Under the pieces are notes generated by a model. That model searched no databases and was not told where the DNA came from. It saw nothing but the letters and a program-made list of their open reading frames with translations. From Schmidtea nova (taxonomy: Eukaryota), in the NCBI GenBank assembly GCA_044892505.1, contig CM097883.1:23188001-23252000 (forward strand): a stretch of DNA of 64,000 bases. Direction: 5' to 3'. The stretch's first letter is position 1; the number at the start of each line of letters is the position of its first letter. Positions 27,091 through 40,024 of the stretch are shown here, piece after piece. The position numbers and the translations under genes were made by a program.

Positions 27091-27474
27091 TTAATCTACA
27101 AAAGTTGATGAATGAGTTCCTTGGCTTTTGTAATCGCTAACCAGTTGATTTTGATTGATGGTCCTGGGATTCGGCATTGTTTGAACATGACACGTATTGT
27201 GTTTGGAATTTGATGGTTTTTGGTTGAATTGCTTATTAGTTTCACTATGCATAAATGATAGCTGGGTCTGATTGTCATTCATAGGGCCGACATCGGAAAC
27301 CTCATTAATCTGATTCTTATTGCAACGACTAAAAATTGAAATCACAGTGCGAATGTTTAGCAACGAAAAATATTTAGAATTTTCTTGAAATTGTTGAAGG
27401 AAATGAGCATTTGCCCTTCCAAGTGCAGGACATAATTGAGGTATCGCCCCAAACTCTGGAAGAATTTGAGATAA
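27091..27474 (-). CDS. Possible terminal exon of an unidentified gene
   Basis: Open frame of ~127 codons from a TCTTTAG acceptor (27475-27476) to TAA at 27091; no recognisable domain. Confidence 0.3.
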   Translation of the reverse strand, partial: LSQILPEFGAIPQLCPALGRANAHFLQQFQENSKYFSLLNIRTVISIFSRCNKNQINEVSDVGPMNDNQTQLSFMHSETNKQFNQKPSNSKHNTCHVQTMPNPRTINQNQLVSDYKSQGTHSSTFVD

Positions 27475-27552
27475 CTAAAGATTGTAATTAATCATCCTTC
27501 TCAAATTCAATATTAGTATATAAAACCTTAAGACAAAATAGAATTTTGCAAA

Positions 27553-27599
<47 letters not shown>

Positions 27600-27600
<1 letters not shown>

Positions 27601-28877
27601 GTGTTGCGGTCAAAATGTTTCCGGCCTACCCTACATAACAAATTGATTTTTTAATAGAAATAGGTTTATTTTATTGGAAATTTATTGACAATTTCATGTT
27701 GAAAATCTTATTGACCTAATCCATTTACTTTATCTGTTGCAGATGGAAATGTCGTTGCAAGTGCATTCGTTGGAAAAAATTGAGTATCGCAGTGCTATTC
27801 GCTTATGTGTTATTCTCGGCCAAACCAACCAGGAAATCATGGCAAATCTGAATCGAGCCTATGGCGAAAAGTGTCACTTTCAGTCTACCATCAAGTTTTG
27901 GATTGCTGAATTCAAACAGGGTTGGCAAAGTGTGTCAGATGAGGAACAAGAGGGTCGACCAAAGACTTCGAGAAATGAAGATGTGAAGGAAAAATTGGAG
28001 AAAATGGTACTGGAAGATCGTCGTATAACTACCAGGCAGCTGGAAGAATCTCCACAAATATCACACAGCACCGTAGTGCAATTATTGAAGAACCTTAACT
28101 TCAACAAGGTGGTGTCTCGCTTTGTGCCTCGCGTTTTGACAACTGAGATGTGCAATAACCGAAAGAATGCGTGTCTCATGAACCTCGCCATTTATCGCAA
28201 GTATGGAGAAAGATTTATCCAAAACATCCTCACTGTTGATGAGACACCGTTGCCCCTACATCAGCCTGAATCAAAGCGGGAGTCTATGTAATGGAGAAAG
28301 CCGGAAGAAGGAAAAGTTTGGAAGTCTCGTTCCGAAATGTCGCACAGACGGGAACTCATGTTGACTGTGTTTTGGAGTCATAAGGGAGTGATCCTCACCG
28401 ACTTTCTTGAGAAGGGACAGACAATCAGCGGAGAATATTACGGTAATCTCATTGAGCAAGCTAGCAGAAAGTGCCGAAAACCATATGGTCTCCCTCACTG
28501 GTTTCAACATGACAATGCGCCAGTTTATACCAGCCGCATTGCCCAAGCAAAACTCAATGACTGTGGCTTCGAGATCATTAGCCACCTTCCATACAGCCCT
28601 GATTTGGCTCCCTCAGATTACTGCCTATTTACGGAATTAAAGAAGCAACTGCTGGGACAGTATTTCATGGATGCAGGCGATTTAGAGGAGGCTGTAAATC
28701 GGATTTTTGACCAGCTTCAACCCTCATTTTACCATGGGGCATTCGAAGCCCTCCCTGGTCGTTGGCAGAAGTGTGTCGATGCCGGAGGTTATTGGTTCGA
28801 GAAGTAATGGTATTGGTGTTGATAAAAATATAGTTGTGGTTTCTTGCTTTTACTTTTTTGTGGGGTAGGCCGGAAAN
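27600..28877 (+). mobile_element. Mariner (DD34D) transposon; transposase interrupted by one in-frame stop
   Basis: Inserted at the TA of a (TA)n tract; TIR core ...GTTTCCGGCCTACCC and GGGTAGGCCGGAAA (right TIR cut by an N gap); FVPRVLT, TVDET, FQHDNAP and YSPDLAPSDY motifs; stop at 28289-28291. Confidence 0.95.
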
Positions 28878-29119
28878 NNNNNNNNNNNNNNNNNNNNNNN
28901 NNNNNNNNNNNNNNNNNNNNNNNNNNNNNNNNNNNNNNNNNNNNNNNNNNNNNNNNNNNNNNNNNNNNNNNNNNNNNNNNNNNNNNNNNNNNNNNNNNNN
29001 NNNNNNNNCCGGTACTGAGACCGTTTTTAATTCTAAATTTGAAACTTCCATTTTAATTATAACATGGGTGTCCTTCAAGTCAGAATTAACTTCGACCAAA
29101 CCAATGTCCAATTTGAATA

Positions 29120-29121
<2 letters not shown>

Positions 29122-29163
<42 letters not shown>

Positions 29164-29373
29164 AATAATTCCCATAATGGATGATTATAGATCAAAATTC
29201 TTTTAAATAAGTACACAATATTTCGGTACAGCCTTTATCAAGTGTGTGATACACACTTGATAAAAGCTGTGTCGAAATATCGTGTACATATTTAAAGAAA
29301 TTTTTATCTTTAGTCATCCATTATGGAAATTATTGATATTAATAATAAAAAAAGATCAAAGGTGAATAAAAAG

Positions 29374-29420
<47 letters not shown>
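29122..29420. mobile_element. Penelope-like pLTR hairpin with hammerhead motifs, embedded in (ATT)n
   Basis: Imperfect inverted repeat centred on GTGTGT-GAT-ACACAC (29242-29256); arms contain TTGATAA-A-(A/G)GC...GAAA; (ATT)n flanks. Confidence 0.75.
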
Positions 29421-29421
<1 letters not shown>

Positions 29422-30559
29422 GGTTTCTTTTCACTCGATATTTCTGGAGATCTCTGATACGTCGCCTCATTTGGATTTGAAAACATTTTACTGGATTTCA
29501 TTTCAGATTTTGATTTTATAATTGTAAATTATTTTTGTAGCATGTGAGGTATGTTGGTTTCTTTTGAAAGGGAAAAATTGCATTCTTTACTTATTTAAAA
29601 CAAAATGAAAAAAGATCATTTAATATAATACTACATTAATAATTTAATTATTAAATTAATGTCATAATTAAATTGAAAAGTCTGAGTAAATATATATCGT
29701 GAGTAAAAATTAACTTTCATTTTTATGAAAATAAAGTTTGTTAATGAAATCGTTTATTAGTTGTTGTTTTGAATAATTTTACCCGCACACTAACGCATCT
29801 AAATATACATAACCCTCGCCCAGCTGTCCCGATACCTTGTTACAGGAGACTCTGCTGGGCTCTACAAATTTCTGTAAACAATTTATAAACCAAACAAAAT
29901 ACAAAAATAACACAATATAATTATATAATTTTATAACATAATTGGTGTCAGAAGGAGAAAAAAACATAACACATCATCGTCGTTTTCTTTTTCAAGCGCT
30001 ACCTCTTTTAGCATACCTAGTATAGAGTTAAAAAAATAGCGTCTCTGTTGGCTGAACATAAAAAGCCATATCCTTAAAAAAGCTCATTTTTTCACAAAAA
30101 ACAAAGCAAGGAAAATTACAAAAATCAAACAATTTTATGTCCATAAAATTAATGGCAATAATTAACGCTATCCAAAATTTCTTTATAGATTAAAATGGCT
30201 CTATGTAAGCGTGGTTAAAAGTTGCCAAATTGGCATTATCCTTTAGTAGAAATACATCAATAAAACTAATATGTTTGTAAATATTAACGGCAATTCCATG
30301 TTAAATCCGCAATGAAATTGCGGATCAAATAGATGTAATTTCAATAAGAACCACACTTTTAAAAAACTCTGTAGCATATTAGCAAGTAGGAATGATAAAT
30401 TATTAAACGTAACAGTCAAAAGAAATATAAAACTAGATACAATGAAACCAATTATTTTTAACAAAGTTTTATTCATTACAAGTCTGAATTTGAGGTATAA
30501 TTTGAATAGATAGCTGGATTTGAAACTGGAACACTAACTGATCTTTTGATTGGTCTATA

Positions 30560-31410
30560 AACGAGTCACATGCTTTATAATGTTCATATGCAAGAGTTTC
30601 ATTTTTTCCCACCCAAAACCTTTTATCATCCAAGTTCGTTAAGGCTACTTTATGGTTTTTATTAGTAAATAATTTATGATCTTTGCTAAATATTCGTGAT
30701 TGAGCAACAGAAACCATGGAATTATTATAATAACAATCCAGGTACGACGGATGTTTAGGTTAGTACCCTTCAATGTTATACCCTTAGCCTTAATGCTCTC
30801 TTTTTACCTAAAATACTATAACACTTTGGCCTAAAAAACAAGCACTCCTTATACTTGAGTCCTTTATTTTCATCTTTGAATTGTCCAATGACAAAATCGA
30901 GGTTTCTCGAGTACAAGGGATGATTTGGGTCATAATTGGAATTGTCTAATAACCTATCCCTAACCATAGCAGACAAAAGAAGATCAAATTTACAATTTTT
31001 ATCCTCCAAGAAGAAAGAGTTAGTGTCACCAGTTACTATATTAATCTCGCTGTTGAATTCATTACGATATTGTTGTAATTCTTCTTACTGGAGTTGATAC
31101 ATCCTAAGTTTAGATAGATTCAGTACAGTTTGGCCAATATAGCTGGATCTATCTAAATACACAGAGTCCTTATTAAGAAAGACATAAATTAAGTCATCAT
31201 CAATCTTATAAATTTTTCGAAAGGTAGGTTTTGAAGTTTATGTAATCAGTTTTGATGCTGAATTACATTGTCGTAAATTAAGTCTTTTCTTAAGATTCTC
31301 TACAGTTTTACCTTAAATTCTATTATTTAAAAATTTGTAAGAGTTCTTATCTAAAGCCGTAGAAGAAACTGCCCTAAGTTTAGTGTTTGTGTCAATGTTA
31401 TTTTAAAAAT
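30560..31410 (-). pseudogene. polB: Decayed Polinton protein-primed PolB C-terminus, a paralogue of the intact gene
   Basis: GKTVENLRKRLNLR, YIGQTVLNLSKLRMY, GDTNSFFL, HPLYSRNLDFVIGQFKDE, FRPKCYS and ALTNLDDKRFWVGKNE align with the intact PolB; stops and frameshifts present. Confidence 0.9.
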
Positions 31411-32655
31411 GGGTTTCTGTTTTTTCAATCTTTGCCAAATAACATGCAAATAAATAATACCACAAATAATTTCATAAAACCACAAAAACAGAATTTGGAG
31501 AACGTCGAAGCAAAAATAGCAAACATTGACTCAAACGTGCAAAGAAGAGTGCAAAAGTAAGCAACTAAAAATAATGAAACTGGAAATGAAATGTCGACAG
31601 ACATGTTGATTAAAATAAATGAAGGAATTTACCCTAGTGTTAACAGCACTTATAAAAACAAAAATAAAACATCCAACCATGAACAACATGAGAAAGAAAA
31701 CAAAAGAATATAATTTAACGAAATAAATAAAATCCTAAATAACTTAATAAGTAAACTTGACAAAATAACAACTGAAAATAAAAGGTTCAGATTAGAACTA
31801 AATGAAATTAAAGAAAAAACTTAAAACATAACTACTGTTCAAATCAAACATCGTGTAGGCTCAACAGGTCAAACTTAAACTCAAGAAATAAACACCAAAA
31901 CTTTCTCAACAATAAAAATTAAAAAAATTAAAATATACAAAATTCTGAAAACCAGAAATCAGACTGGTATATCAAGAATTTTGTTACTTCCATAATAAAT
32001 TTGAAGAAAAAGCATTTAAATGCCAAAACCCTTCAGATATAATGGAAAAAATACAGAAAACTGTCAACGTTACCAAATACAAAAAAATAAATTGCTAAGA
32101 AAGAATTAGAAAACTAAAAAAGACGATTAAAAAGATACTTGGTAAAACAAAAATCAGAAAAATTGAAGACTAAAATGGAATAAGGAAATCTCAAACTTTA
32201 AAAAACAGAAATCAGAAAAGAAATAAAAGAGAAAACACCAGAAATAGGAAGACAAAAGAAGATGGAAACTTAATAATTTCAGTATATGTCAATCTACCCG
32301 TGAGTAGTGCTATCAATAATTTTGTTTTTAATATTTAACAAAATAAACATTTCGGTTATTTTTGTTTGTTTTATTAAGTATTAAAGCACATGCACACGCA
32401 TACAAGCACACATACATTTTAAAAAATAACATTCACCCCAGCTGTCCCAAGACAGATTTTTACCGGTGACTATGTTGGGCTCTACACAGTTCTTCCAAAT
32501 AAACACATTGCAATATAATTATTGCAATAACAATTTATTACAATATAATTGTCAACATAATTACATTCCACTACACAATTACATTCTTAGAACAACATAT
32601 ACAATTTCTAAATTAAAATATATAAAAACATATTAAAACTAAAGCAATAATTTAC

Positions 32656-32751
32656 CATTAGTCGATTCATCACCAATATCTGTGGAAAAATTTCGTCCAC
32701 GTTGTTTCCGATCAATTGATTTTAATAAATTAGAATTAACCGTTTTAATTT
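32656..32751 (-). CDS. Possible 96-nt symmetric internal exon of an unidentified gene
   Basis: TTTTTAG acceptor, GTAAAT donor, phase 1/1, open frame IKTVNSNLLKSIDRKQRGRNFSTDIGESTN. Confidence 0.3.
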
Positions 32752-33426
32752 CTAAAAATTATATTAACACAATAATAATAATAAAATATTATTTCGCCCT
32801 AAAACAATATTCACTAGGGCTTCATATTTAAACTTGGATTTCGATAATCACCTTTTATTATTATTATCCTTATATCTTTCTCATTTTACGTATGAATGTA
32901 TTCTCCGATTTCCAAGACCTTTTTACATAATGATTAGTTGTTTGAATGATTAAGTCAATTTTTAAAACCTGTATTAAATCAACTATAACTAGTAAGAATA
33001 TTTTTTTTTTCGAGTAAGAGCAAGAATTCCGAATGAATATTAGAAAGATAGAGAGTGCTATTTTAGAGAAAGGGACCAAACATCGAAATGAGCACATATC
33101 TTCTATCGATAATTTTGAACCCATAGAAATTACTCGATCAATTATAGTTCTATTAATAGCGCTAAATTTGTGTTAGAATTTTGTCCAATAGTTACATTAC
33201 TAATGGTGCTTGCGACGAGTAACTACTAATTAAACAACAGTTATATTGTTACCATAGAATTGGACCCTGCTATGGTACCAACAAATGATTGTTAAGATTT
33301 TTTGATATGCCAATCTTTCCATTACAGATTTTTATTATGATCACTAGTAGGTAATTAATGGCCCTTGAACTCACTTCAAATTCTACCCACCCCCCCACCC
33401 CCCTAGAATTTTTTTTTTCTGAGTTT

Positions 33427-33790
33427 ACGGGCCACTATGTTTTTTCTGGCCATTTTTTGTATTGGAAATTTATTGTCGGTCTTTTGTACAGATGCGTTAG
33501 CGGGCCATTATGTTTTTGGGTCAATCTTTTTTATTGGAAAATTTTTGTCGGTCTCTTGTACAGGTGCGTTGACGGGCCACTATGTTTTTCTGGTCATTAT
33601 TGTATTGGAAATTTATTGTCGGTCTCTTGTACAGGTGCGTTGACGGGCCACTATGTTTTTCTGGTCATTATTGAATTGGAAATTTATTGTCGGTCTTTTG
33701 TACAGGTGCGTTTGCGGGCCATTATGTTTTTGGGTCGATCTTTGTATTGGAAAACTTTTCTCGGTCTTTTGTACAGGGATTTTTAGCTCC
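33427..33790. repeat. Subterminal tandem repeat, about 5 x 71-73 bp (left arm)
   Basis: CGGGCCA anchor at 33428, 33501, 33573, 33644 and 33715. Confidence 0.9.
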
Positions 33791-34090
33791 GAGATTTTTC
33801 TCGGGCAAAAAGGGACTCTAGTAATGTGAGAGTTGAAATGACACAATATTTAAAATTTAATAAAAAAAAAGGGTAAAATTAATTTTTTGGAGAAATCAGA
33901 GTTGGTAAATTTTTAAATATAAAATGAAATTCTTTTTTTCACAAAATTCTTTTTTAAACCAATAAAAGTCTTAACTAATAAAAAGAAAAATTTTTAACTA
34001 ATAAAAAGAAACATTTTTAACTAATAACAATTCAAATAAATAAAAAAAAACATTTTTAACTAAATTTTATTAAAATAAATACAAATTTTA

Positions 34091-37000
34091 TTAAAATAAA
34101 TCTTCTTCATCGTCTTCTTCTGTAACTTGATTGAATTCTCTGTCATTAGTGTCTTTATAATGCCCGTATGCACAACTTTCATTTTTTCCCACCCAAACCC
34201 TTTTATCATCATTATTAGTTAGTGCAATTTTTGAATTTTTAAAGCTATATAACTGATGATTTTTTGTACCTATTCTAAATTGTGGTACACTAATCTCTGA
34301 GTTATTTAAATAACATTTTACATATGAATCGTGGTCTATTTTAGTATCCTTTAATGTTGCTCCCTTAGCTTTTGTAGTATTAGTTTTACCCAACAAGCTG
34401 TAACATTTCGGTCTAAGGAAAATCCACTCATCATATCCTTCACCCTTACTTTCATCTTTGAATTTCCCAATAACAGAATCCAATTTCTTGCTGTATAGTG
34501 GGTGATCAGTTGGATAATTTGATGTATCTAACAAGTTATCATTTTTCATTTCATTTAATAATATTTCTAATTTTAGATTTTTAATTTCTAGAAAAAACGA
34601 ATCTGTATCGCCTGCTACGATATTTATCTGACAACTATATTTGTCGCGATATTTTTGTAAATCTTTGTATTGTAATTCGTACATTCGAAGTTTTGATAAA
34701 TCAAGCACCGATTGTCCAATATAACTCGGTCTATCTAAACAAATCGAATCTGGATTTAATAAAGCAGCAACTAAATTATCGTCGATTTTAATAGATTTTT
34801 TGAAAGAAGGTTTGGATGTATATATAACTAGTTTTTTCTCCGTTGAACATAATCTTAAATTCATTCTCCTTTTAAGATTTTCCACGGTTTTGCCATACAG
34901 ACTATTATTGAGTAATTTGAAAAAGTTTTTATCTAAAGTATTAGTACTTTTCGCCCGCAATTCAGTGTTGGTGTCTATATATTTTTTGAAAATAGGATAT
35001 TGCTTAAATTTAACTGCTCTATTTATCTTTGTGACTTTAACACCAAGTCCTAAATATAATTGAAGTAATCGCCAATGAATTATATAATTATTTTTAGGGT
35101 AATGAGTCAATAGTAATTTTTCTACTTTTGAACCTCGTGGTTTCATTTTTTCTGCAGCTACCGGGAAATCATCCAAGAAATCATGAATTTCAGCAGGTAT
35201 TTCCAAATCTACCTCTAAAGTGTAACCGTAAGATATAGATTCAAGATTTAGATTAATACAGTCATGCAAAATATTATCTAAATTATCAGTCACCCAACTA
35301 AATTCTCCACAAGGTAAAGGTTCACTTAAAGCCCATCCGTAAAGATTATTTATATCGATATACAATAATTCTGTATTTTCATCGGTTTTAACGAAGTGTT
35401 TATTTACAAAAGTCAAACCTCCTCGAATTCCCCCTTCATAAAAGCTAAACATTTCATTTTCTGTTATTAATTCCATTGGTTCATCTAAAGTCATTAAAGA
35501 AGATGACCAAGACATGCCAGGAATACCGAAGTAATTCAATGGTTCTAATCTATTGTGAGCTATAGATTTGGTTCGAAATTGCTGAAAGAAATCAGCCAAA
35601 AGAAAGCAATCAAGTTTCAAGTAAGTCATCATATAATCTAAAAGAGTAACACAGTTTGTTTCTGTCCAAATCAGTTGTGCCTTTTCATATTCTTCTTTTG
35701 AAACACCTTTCCAGATTGGTGGTAACTCATAAGTATTTTCAAGTACTTCTAAACTTGTAGCAAAGCTATACGGAAAAATCCCCTTTTCAGAAACTATAGT
35801 TCCATTAAAAACCAAATTTGTCAAAGGTAAAGATTTCAACGTTTTCACTGCCTTTGCCAAAGAATCATTCACAAACTGGTATGAGTCTATAAATCTTAAA
35901 CTAATCTTGTCAACATGAGCTATCAATGAAATAAATTTTTCAGTTGTAATTGGTATACAACCCAATGACCAATTCTTGAACTTATTTAATCCATGTTTAA
36001 GAATATGGTGCATATCATATCCTTTCAAGTTATGAAAAACTATTGGTAAAGACTTGTTGATTTTTCTATTAATGTTACACGTTTGACATGCTGCACCTAA
36101 ATATTTCCCAGTGAAATGGTCATGGTCTCTTACAGGATCTACGATATTTTTCATGCAAAGGTAACAAGTGGTACCATTTTTAAATTGATCCTCTTCAATT
36201 TCAGTCAATCTATTCATTGGTTTGTTTCCATTTTTATTGTAATATGGAAGAACTTTTAATAAAGCAATATCTTCAATCGCTTTTAAAAATTCATCTACAC
36301 AATTTAGTCCAATAAATTGTTGGTAAGATTTTGTCCCATCAAAGTTATTTATTAACAAAAGCCCCGCAGAAATAGGCAAGTGTTTCTGATAATATACATC
36401 ATCCTTTGGTAAAATAGCTTCAAAGTCTGCATAAATAACAAATGGTGGGGTAACAGTTTTTGACCAATCTGAAAATTTAAGCATTTTATTTTCCGGGAAA
36501 GTGTATAATGTTGTTCCTAGTTGATTTTTTCTGCATAAAATCTCATGTTTTTCCAACGATATTTTATTTGGGAAACCATTTAAACATCTACTGCACCATT
36601 CGCTTCTTATCCTAGTAGTACAATAAATGCTTTGGTGACAATTCATTAAACGTTTTAAATTTATAATAGGTACATAATGATATTTTTCCCCTTCATTTAA
36701 TAACAATAAATTTATAGTTTTTCCTTCTATTACTTTTGACCGATGAATAATATCCAAATGAGGATGCTTTAAAATATAATCATCTTGCTCTTCATTAATT
36801 TCATTATTATAACATAGTACATTTATGATCAATCCTGGATTCTTTGCTTCGAATTTTCTGATACTATTTAATTTCATGGGCATGTCTGATATATCATATT
36901 TGAGCTCTGACAAAAAATTTGTATATTTTGATACTCTTTCTTTATTTCTAGATATTGAATCATATTTTAATATAGCTAAAATGCTATATAAAAAACATAA

Positions 37001-38312
37001 ATTATCCTTATTATCAATGTTTAATATACATCTCTTTCCTTTTAATCTTTCAGGAGTTTTTACAATGCTTCTACCTGCTAACCTACTTATATTGGATATC
37101 TTAGTTACAACAAAACTTATTTCAGTAATACGATTAAGTACCCAACTGCTACCTAATTCCGCAAATGAAGTTATCTTTTCATTCAATTTTTTAATTCCCT
37201 CTTCGAAAAATGTCTGTGTCAGAGGTTTTGCACTATTGGAAATATTGTTTCTTTTAATTTCTCCATCTTTCTCAAATTCAACACAGATACCAAATTGTAT
37301 CTTCACATAGCCTATTTCATTAATTATTTCTATTAATTTATTAATTAATGATTGTGGAAAAATAATTTGCTTTATATTTAAATCACTAGTGTTAATTTTT
37401 AAAATCCTATGCGATCCATTTAAATCACTTTCAATGACAGGGAGAGGTTCTATAACACTTCCTCCAGTTTGATAAAATCCAACGTTCCAAAAATCTTCAA
37501 TCTCTTCCACCGTTTCAATTAAAATCTTGTTTTTGTCCGTTTCGTCCGCTTCCATCGCTTCTAATAAAATCTTATCTTCAATCTCTTCTTGTAAATTTTG
37601 TGATTTCTTGATTATTTCTATGTTCAATTTAATCTTTTTATTATTAATAGGGTTTTGAGTCAAGTTTGGTCTTTTAAATAATTTTATTTTCTTAGACCTA
37701 TATTCATTTAAATGATCCTTATGTTCATCGTAAAAATTTTTATATGTAAGGGGTTGGGAAGTTTGGCATACGGGACATATATAATAGCGAATTTTATAAT
37801 AAGAGTGTCCATAATATTGCTCCATTGATCGATGACAATTATCGTTGTGGTCAGTTGAAAAGCAATAATTTGGGTATAAAGCACCTATGAATGTAAATTA
37901 ATGTTAAAAATAATAATAATATTATCAAATTATATATTTACAAATATTTTACTATATTTATTTACTAAATTAATTAAAATATAATTAAATTAATTAAAAT
38001 TAATCAATACTTACATTGGTCATTCAATACCACATCAGGTATAACTCCATTATTCATATTATTTTCGTCACTAATAATCTTAGTTTGTACGGTAGTTAGT
38101 TCAGTCATATTTACATCACCTAAAGTAAAAATTAAATAATATATTATGTTTAAGATTAAGTACCATTTTCTTCTGTATTTTCTAACAACGATTTCCCAAT
38201 TGAATTATTGATATTACCTAAATTACTACTAAATGATAATAAATTAAAAAATAAATTTACCGTTTTCTTTCCCACTTGGGTTTTCGTTCATAAAACTTGT
38301 TATCGTGTTCAT
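34091..38312 (-). CDS. polB: Protein-primed family B DNA polymerase, left copy; 1244-aa ORF, 1334 aa if spliced
   Basis: ExoI YADFE, ExoII HNLKGYD, ExoIII YLKLD, motif A DINNLYG, motif B KLLNNSLYGK, motif C GDTDS. Predicted exons 38312-38261, 38217-38164, 38119-38015 and 37884-34091. Confidence 0.95.
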
Positions 38313-38340
38313 TTTTAAAGTTTATTATTTGTAAAAGTGA

Positions 38341-38451
38341 ATAATGAATGAAAAAGTATTGTTTATATATCAAAGTTATTACACACACATAACCTTTGAC
38401 CAATAAAAATCGAGTAAGGGGTAGGAAATTTATTCTTATCAGCCAATCAGA
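38341..38451 (-). promoter_or_regulatory. Putative Pol II promoter of the left PolB
   Basis: Mirror image of 43860-43970. Confidence 0.5.
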
Positions 38452-38859
38452 ATCGAGTAAGAGGCAGTAAAGGTATTATTATCATCAGATAGAGAATTAT
38501 GACTAATTATATATTACGTTGCAGTATTTTAAAAAAACTAGAAAAGTTATTTCAACAAATTATAATACACATCAAAGTTATAAAATATTTCAATGAATTG
38601 CATGCATGTCATATGATTAAAATATATTAGACTAAATATTTCAGTAAATTACGTCTAAATTATATTACATTTCAATAATTACGTCAGTTATAAAAAATAT
38701 TTTAATTAATTTTGATAAAATACATTAGAATTGTCAATAACACACACAAAACCTTTATAATTTTCATTAGTATATGATAGAAAATTAAATTATATCTACA
38801 CATGATTAAAATAAATATTCGATAAATCTATGCTAAATAGTCGAAAAAATCCCAGTATT

Positions 38860-39950
38860 TTATTACAAAACACGTGTGCATCACAAACATATCAATATAC
38901 TTAATTTTGAATCAAGCCATTTTATAGATATTTAAATTTTATCTATATGTAATTACAATGAAAACTCACTAAAGTTATTTTAAATAACTAAAACTTACAA
39001 AATTAATTACAAAACACGTGTGTAACACGAAAAACGACAACTTTTAGATTTTGAATCAAACCATTTTATAGGAAATTAAATTTTACATATACTTTATTAC
39101 AATGAAAAGTCAATAAATTTATTTTATATACATGAAAAATGCAAAATTAATTACAAAACACGTGCGTAACACCAAAAACGACAACTTTTAGATTTTGAAT
39201 CAAGCCATTTTATAGCAATTTAAATTTTATCTATACTTTATTACAATGAAAAGTCAATAAATTTATTTTATATACACGAAAAATGCAAAATTAATTACAA
39301 AACACGTGTGTATTACAAACACACTAGCAAACTAATTTTCTAATCAAGCCATTTTATAGGAAATTAAATTGTACTTATACTTTATTACAATGAAAACTCA
39401 ATAAATTTATTTTATATACACGAAAAATGCAAAATTAATTACAAAACACGTGTGTATTACAAAATACGACAACTTTCAGATTTCTAATAAAGCAATTTTG
39501 TAGACATTTAAATTTTACACATATAATATTACAAGGAAAACTCAATAAATTTATTTTATATACACGAAAATGTAAAATTAATTACAAAACACGTGTGCAT
39601 TACAAACACACCAACAAACTAAATTTCTAATCAAGCCATTTTATAGGAAATTAAATTTTACTTATACTTTATTACAATGAAAAATACATAAAGTTACTTT
39701 ATATTGTTAAAAATTTGAAAATTCAAAATAAAACACGTGTGCATCACAAAATACGACAACTTTCAGAATTCTAATAAAGCTATTTTGTAGACAATTAAAT
39801 TTTATCTATACAATATTACAATGAAAACTCAAAAAAGTTATTTTATTTAGGTGAAATAAACAAATTTAATGACAAAACACGTGTGCACAACAATATACAC
39901 AACATTTTGAATTTTTAATTCAGCCATTTTGTAGACAATAAAATTCTGTC
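38860..39950. repeat. Tandem array of 8 x 144 bp, each unit with CACGTG (left arm)
   Basis: CACGTG at 38871, 39015, 39159, 39303, 39447, 39590, 39734 and 39878. Confidence 0.9.
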
Positions 39951-40024
39951 TATCTATTGTTACACTTAAAACCTGATCAGGCCCGAATAAAGTGTCAAAG
40001 AACCCGTCAGAAAAAAAACAGGAT

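Noticed and set aside
31440-32290. A-rich degenerate coiled-coil frame as a LINE ORF1
   Set aside because: Many stops and no diagnostic motif.
33358-33846. ORFs of 142, 68 and 77 aa and their mirrors at 48465-48947
   Set aside because: Translations of the 72-bp subterminal repeat; the 142-aa ORF and its 140-aa mirror differ at the start because of a homopolymer indel.
34800-37310. Antisense ORFs within PolB (87 and 161 aa, plus mirrors)
   Set aside because: Shadow frames of an AT-rich coding sequence; no motifs.
34091-37825. PolB as an organellar linear-plasmid insertion
   Set aside because: Standard-code ORF with predicted spliceosomal introns, Polinton termini and TSD, and Polinton capsid/protease relics nearby.
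38860-39950. CRISPR-like array
   Set aside because: Whole units are similar, with no unique spacers; no cas genes; eukaryotic context.
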